DNA of 52,856 bases, filler included, from Catajapyx aquilonaris (Eukaryota): the NCBI GenBank assembly GCA_000934665.2. It is 2 parts of 2 records of this genome, joined end to end, with 100 filler letters (N's around TTAATTAATTAA, not from the genome) between each part and the next. Parts side by side here need not be neighbours in the genome. Positions count along the whole stretch, not along the records: positions 26,494 to 52,856 come from JYFJ02005220.1; 1 more part is not named here. One strand, written 5' to 3'. The stretch's first letter is position 1, and the number at the start of each line of letters is the position of its first letter. The translations under genes were made by a program, and so were the position numbers. Of this stretch, positions 48,192 through 52,856 are shown in pieces. Under the pieces are notes generated by a model. It saw only the letters and a list, made by a program, of their open reading frames with translations. It had not been told where the DNA came from and ran no database searches.

Positions 48192-48566
48192 CTTCGTCTG
48201 TCCTCAATGGACTCTCGCCAATCGCAGGGTTGGTCAAATGTGGTCTTCTGCATGGAACTGCGAGTCAGACGTGTGTGAATAGGCAAGCGGAGTTCGAATG
48301 TAGTTAGTGTCAACAAATAGGTGTTGCTTGGTTGGATGGGTGTTGTCAGTGGCAACAATGTGTTTACAGGTTTCCTCTGATTGTTCCAAACCGAAGAAAA
48401 TAATTACCTTGCAGAAATCTAACGGCAATGCAATTTTATCAATATAAATTTATTACCTTCAAAAGGCATGTTGTAAATCACTTCTTGTACACCACAAACA
48501 ATAAAATTTTCTTACGAGTATCAAATGATAAAGAGCTTCTCGACCAGTCTTCTTTTTTTACATTTC

Positions 48567-50129
48567 TTACAACCCCTCACCTGGGTATCCTTCCTCATCC
48601 ATGTGGATGTCTCCAATCTCCAAAGAGAGAGCGGCCTCGAATTCCCCTTCGAATGAGGGAAGTTGGTCTCCGTGGTCACCACTTCCTCCCTCCCCAAGGA
48701 GGAGGTCCTCTTCATCCTCAACCTCACCTTCTTCCTCCTCTTCCTCAACCACACCGTCTTCCTCCTCTTCCTCACCCTCACCGTCTTCTTCGCCTTCTGC
48801 TCCTTCTTCCTCAACTTCTTCCCCGGAGAGAAGGTTGTCCTCATGCAGCAGACTATCCTGTGAGGTGGGGTAATCTTCTGTCTCCAAGTGGTCATCGTCC
48901 TCTAGGCTTGGTATGGCATCACTTGCATCGTGTGCCTCGTTCCCTGCTGCTGACTCCATATTCACCTGCAGGTCATCGGAAACAGTGTCCTCCAGGTCAG
49001 CTGCTGGGTCTGGCTCTTCTGCCGATGGAGTTTCATCCACTACTTCCTCCACCTCCATGTTGTCCAATTCTGGGTTGGTGGTGGCTGGAGTTGAAGATGA
49101 CCCTTCTGGGTCAGCCTCAATGGTCTCCTGAGTCGTCGGGTTGTCTTCATGAGTGGTCTTCCCACGGCGTGGGCGAAGGATCATGGTCATCGGGGGAAGG
49201 TCGGCGAATCGCTTTGTCCTGCGCCTCTTGGGAGGGACATCACTTGGGGTCGGGTCAGTCCTGGCCCTCGACTTGTTCCTGTCCTGTGGTAGTACCTTCC
49301 TGTCACTACTGGTGCCCTTCTTCGACTTCCTGACAGGCACCTTCCTGTCACTACTGGTGCCCCTCTTCGACATCTTGACAGGCACCTTCCTGGGAGGAGC
49401 CCTCCCGACTGCCTTTGACTTCTTCCCTCCTCTCTGGTGGTCATCAGGCACCCTATGCCGCTTCCTCATCACCTCAGGTTCTACCTGAAACCTCACCTTC
49501 GCTGGGGAGACATCCAGCCAGTCAAACGCCCCTTCGCTGCACAGTTGCTGGTACAGCACCTGCAGGCGAAATGCGTCAGTATTGTCTCTCACTACATAAC
49601 ACTCACGAGACACGTACCCCAGATTGACCTACTGGAACCGCGAAGTACTTCGGATGCTTCCTGGCAACTTTCTTGTACCTCTTGGCAGTCTCCGAAGGGA
49701 GCTTGTCCCATCTGACCCGGGCCACAGCCAACCACTCCTCCGGGTTGTTGTTCGTGGTCTCGGAAGCGATACTCTGAATTCACATGGGACAGTACATTAG
49801 ACAATTGGGACGCCAAATGGGACAATTTAGCTTACCTCCCGGACATGGGCGTAGAAGAGCACGAAGGCCCTCTGGTCGAGGGTGGTCATCCCATTTTCTC
49901 CGACGACCCTGCTGAACTCCCAGACTGCCCTCTGCCTCCTCGCCTCCTCCACCCTCACCCTGGCCTCCCCCTCCCACCTCCTCCTCCCACTCTCCCCCAG
50001 CTTCATCCACCGTTTCCTCACCACCTCCTCTGTCTCCTTCTTCTTCCTCATCTCGCAAGAGGACCGACGGAAATCATCCAGCGCCATCTGCTCCTTCTCA
50101 TGAGACCGAAAGAAACTGAAGCCGTCCAT
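48567..50129 (-). CDS. Divergent dual HMG-box protein with basic region and long acidic tail, copy B, 480 aa; exons 50129-49836, 49773-49618, 49559-48567
   Basis: Box 1-like DGFSFF...RKRWMKLGESGRRRWEGEA; box 2-like RAFVLFYAHVRE|SIASE...ARVRWDKLPSETAKRYKKVA; K/R-rich middle; E/D-rich C-terminus; GT-AG phase-0 introns; downstream AATAAA on the minus strand. Confidence 0.75.
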
Positions 50130-50671
50130 CTTCGTCTGTCCTCAATAGTCTGTCGCGAAGCACAGGGTTGGTCAAATGTGGTCTTCTGCAAGGGACTGCG
50201 AGTCAGACGTGTGTGAAGCAAGCGGTGTTCGAACGTAGAATGAGTGTCAACAAAGGTGTTGCCTGGATGGATGGGCGTTGTCACTGGCAACACCTTTGTT
50301 GACACCAGAGACCAGAGAATCAAATATTCATCCGGACAATGCCAATCCCACCAAAAAACCTTTCTGTAAAAAAAGGCCAAGTTCTCCTGACTGCTTGGCC
50401 GTCAAAAGTGGTGAGATCTGAATCCGGACAATGCCAATTGAAACACGAAATTGACAAACTGGTGTCAATAACGTCACAACAAATGGCTTGAATGACCTGA
50501 ACCATGACAGTGCTTCAGAAGAACGCCTTTTCACCCATAATTACCGGTATGAAATAATAATTCGTACGATGTCAGCAACAACGCTATGAAATATTCGCAT
50601 GATTTCGCCACTGACAAGTGAGTGTTCATATGTCAAAGGTGAAGGTGACTTGTCCAATGTCAAGATGATTA

Positions 50672-51483
50672 TTATTTATTTATTTTAGCTTCACCACTTT
50701 AGAGGGAACAGAGCCCTTTTAGGGGGGTGGATTACCACCATTTTTTCTTATGAAATGTCCACATTTTTCTCTCTCCGGTGCAAGGGTCAGGATATGGATT
50801 TGTGAGGGGGGGGGGGATACGGGTACAAGTGCGATGTCTGAAATTTGGGGGTCGTGTGCAGTCCCCCAGGGAGCCAAGCTACAAGACACCCCGCTAAGTG
50901 CGGGTCAGAATCTCCCACAGACACCGCACCTCCTCATGGACGGGACAAGGATAGGAAAGGAAGGAAGCGGCTGTGGCCTATTATTTAGGAAACAATCCAA
51001 GGAATCCAGGAAGAAGCCAAAGCAACTATGGCTATCTGGCTGTAAGAAGAAGCAAAGGTGGGACAGATGGAGAGAGAAACGAAGAGGAAAAAGAAGAGAA
51101 AGACTGGCATCTCTCTTAGTCTGTCTCCTATCCCAAAGACCTGTCCGGCTTGGGGGGGGGNGGGGGGGGCTACCAGTAGACGAAGCTACCGCCGGCATAG
51201 CTCTTGGGGTCACGGGAGAAACGCAAACTCTACCACCACGATAAGGTGGAGATACCAGTACCCCCCGATGGTATCTCCACCTTATCGTGGTGGTGGGGTT
51301 TGCGTTTCTCCCGTGACCCCAAGAGCTATGCCGGGGGTAGCTTCGTCTACTGGTAGGGCCACCCAAGCCGGACAGATCTTTGGGATAGGAGACAGACTAA
51401 GAGAGATGCCAGTCTTTCCTCTCTTCTTTTCTCCTGGGGGGACCGTGGGAAACCACAGAAAACCACCAAACTGCTTCGGTCAC
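50672..51483 (-). mobile_element. SINE family 1 copy split by two nested insertions
   Basis: SINE segments at about 50672-50741, 50935-50998 and 51431-51483, bounded by the 14-bp TSD TGTCAAGATGATTA (50658-50671, 51484-51497). Confidence 0.75.
51087..51431. repeat. About 345-bp near-perfect palindrome nested in a SINE
   Basis: Arms AAAGACTGGCATCTCTCTTAG...GGTGGAGATACCA / TGGTATCTCCACC...CTAAGAGAGATGCCAGTCTTT. Confidence 0.9.
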
Positions 51484-51678
51484 TGTCAAGATGATTACTG
51501 ATTTATTTAATTGATTTATTTTTATACAACAAGGAACAGTAAGACAAGTTATTGAGTGCAATAATGTTGTGGAGAATTAATAGACATTTACTGACATTGC
51601 AAAATACATTATACAATACACAATACAATTTTTTTTTATAATTATTAGGCCAGGAATGGATATTTTCTTGATCTGTGC

Positions 51679-52856
51679 TTACCAAGGGTGCTTACAAAGG
51701 ACAATAAGTTCGTAAGTGAAGGCTACGAAAGCCAAACATATCCCACAGCAAAAGACTATAAAGTGACCTTGAAGCCTGTCCAGGGTGAACACCACCCTTC
51801 CTCCCTCATCAACATTGTCCCTTCTATTTCTCTGTGCAGCTGACAGCAATGTTATGTGTTCATTCAACCGATCACGCTTGACATTCAATCCGATGCTGTA
51901 GAAGATGTGACTCCAATAGTTCCACTTCTCATAATAGACATTTCCTTTAAAAAGAGCAGTGGAGTAATACACCAGAGCAAGATCATCATCAGATATGAAG
52001 GCAGTGCCTTGACCTTCCTCATCTAACCTTTCCATATAATACTCTAACGTTGACTTAGAATCAATGCACACATTGTCTCCACTGACAACACTACGATAAC
52101 AATCCATCCACTCTTCAACTGTCTCTATTCTATCATACATCGGCTTGTAAGGGTCATTGTCTTCTACAACTAGGCTAGCAGTGAACATAGCATGAAACTG
52201 TTTATTTGTTTTAATAGAAAATGTAGAATAGGCAAGTTCATTAAAAGTGTCTGGGATGTTCTCCATTGGAGGAATAGTGAGAAAAATGTATAGTTTGGCG
52301 CAGTACACTGTGGTAATGACCATTGAAAAATATATCCAAGTCATTGATACAACTTTTGAAATAGAGGGACGAGGAAATGGGGTGCTTTCTTCTAAGAAGA
52401 CTTTCACTAGGTAAATCATATGAGCAGTGAACGACGTAGTCTGACTGAAATTGTCATTATTTTGTACTCTGGTAATCATCACTAAAGTTACATTTGAAAC
52501 GAGCAGTGAAGCAACAATCATACACCAAGTGCAAAGGGTGAATGGATAGAGAATGATGCGTCCGCTGATCTTGTCCTCTCTTGGAGTCCGTACAAGGAAG
52601 GTAATCTTGCTGTTCTCATACGGCGCCGTCAGGTCTGCCACCATGTACGTTAATTCTATTACTGGAGCTCGGACATGAAAGTTCAATTTTTCACTCAGAA
52701 TGTCTTCAACAATTTTTGCTATTGCAGTCATATTACCAAGGATGTCAGTATCAAAGGCGGAGATATGCCATGTAAAGTTCAGAGCTTTTTCGAAAAAGCA
52801 CAGTTTATTGTACCACCTTTCGTCTTCACAGTCCGAGGAACTTGAGTCGTAACCGC
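51679..52856 (-). CDS. Divergent ionotropic receptor (chemosensory IR), intronless, 5' end beyond the window
   Basis: IR pattern KLNF...PY....ITFLV, PFT..TW (M1), pore region FLEES, W..F.MVI.TVY.AKL..FLT.P (M2), IPDTFNEL, M3 TLDRLQG.F.....G..LAF..F..E; the frame is open from 52731 to the window edge. Confidence 0.88.
   Translation of the reverse strand, partial: GYDSSSSDCEDERWYNKLCFFEKALNFTWHISAFDTDILGNMTAIAKIVEDILSEKLNFHVRAPVIELTYMVADLTAPYENSKITFLVRTPREDKISGRIILYPFTLCTWCMIVASLLVSNVTLVMITRVQNNDNFSQTTSFTAHMIYLVKVFLEESTPFPRPSISKVVSMTWIYFSMVITTVYCAKLYIFLTIPPMENIPDTFNELAYSTFSIKTNKQFHAMFTASLVVEDNDPYKPMYDRIETVEEWMDCYRSVVSGDNVCIDSKSTLEYYMERLDEEGQGTAFISDDDLALVYYSTALFKGNVYYEKWNYWSHIFYSIGLNVKRDRLNEHITLLSAAQRNRRDNVDEGGRVVFTLDRLQGHFIVFCCGICLAFVAFTYELIVLCKHPW

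Overview
Eukaryotic genomic DNA from an intron-containing, TE-rich draft assembly, probably an arthropod (inferred from a divergent ionotropic receptor and insect-type SINEs and Helitrons). Genes reconstructed by hand from splice sites, left to right: the 5' part of mitochondrial alanyl-tRNA synthetase (-); a 3-exon divergent SUMO-like gene lacking the C-terminal di-glycine (-); a 3-exon orphan gene (-); a MOV10-like SF1 RNA helicase (+); MAT1/MNAT1 (+); an FN3-repeat surface protein (+); a coiled-coil + CNH protein with no kinase domain (-); a secreted Cys-rich/PT-repeat protein (+); two tandem divergent dual-HMG-box genes with acidic tails (-); and an intronless divergent ionotropic receptor (-, runs off the window). 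The most striking observation is a young tRNA-Gly-derived SINE, with a perfect 16-bp target-site duplication and intact poly(A), inserted inside a coding exon of the otherwise intact MOV10-like gene, a family known to restrict retrotransposons. The insertion truncates the protein just after Walker A/motif Ia. The intervening DNA holds two SINE families sharing a 3' tail, an RTE LINE end, three non-autonomous Helitrons, several MITEs (mariner, hAT, pogo, Harbinger-like, piggyBac-like), a Merlin transposase relic with an apparent intron, a 41-bp minisatellite, several near-perfect palindromes and an artificial 100-bp gap spacer. All assignments come from reading and motif recognition only; no database searches were run.
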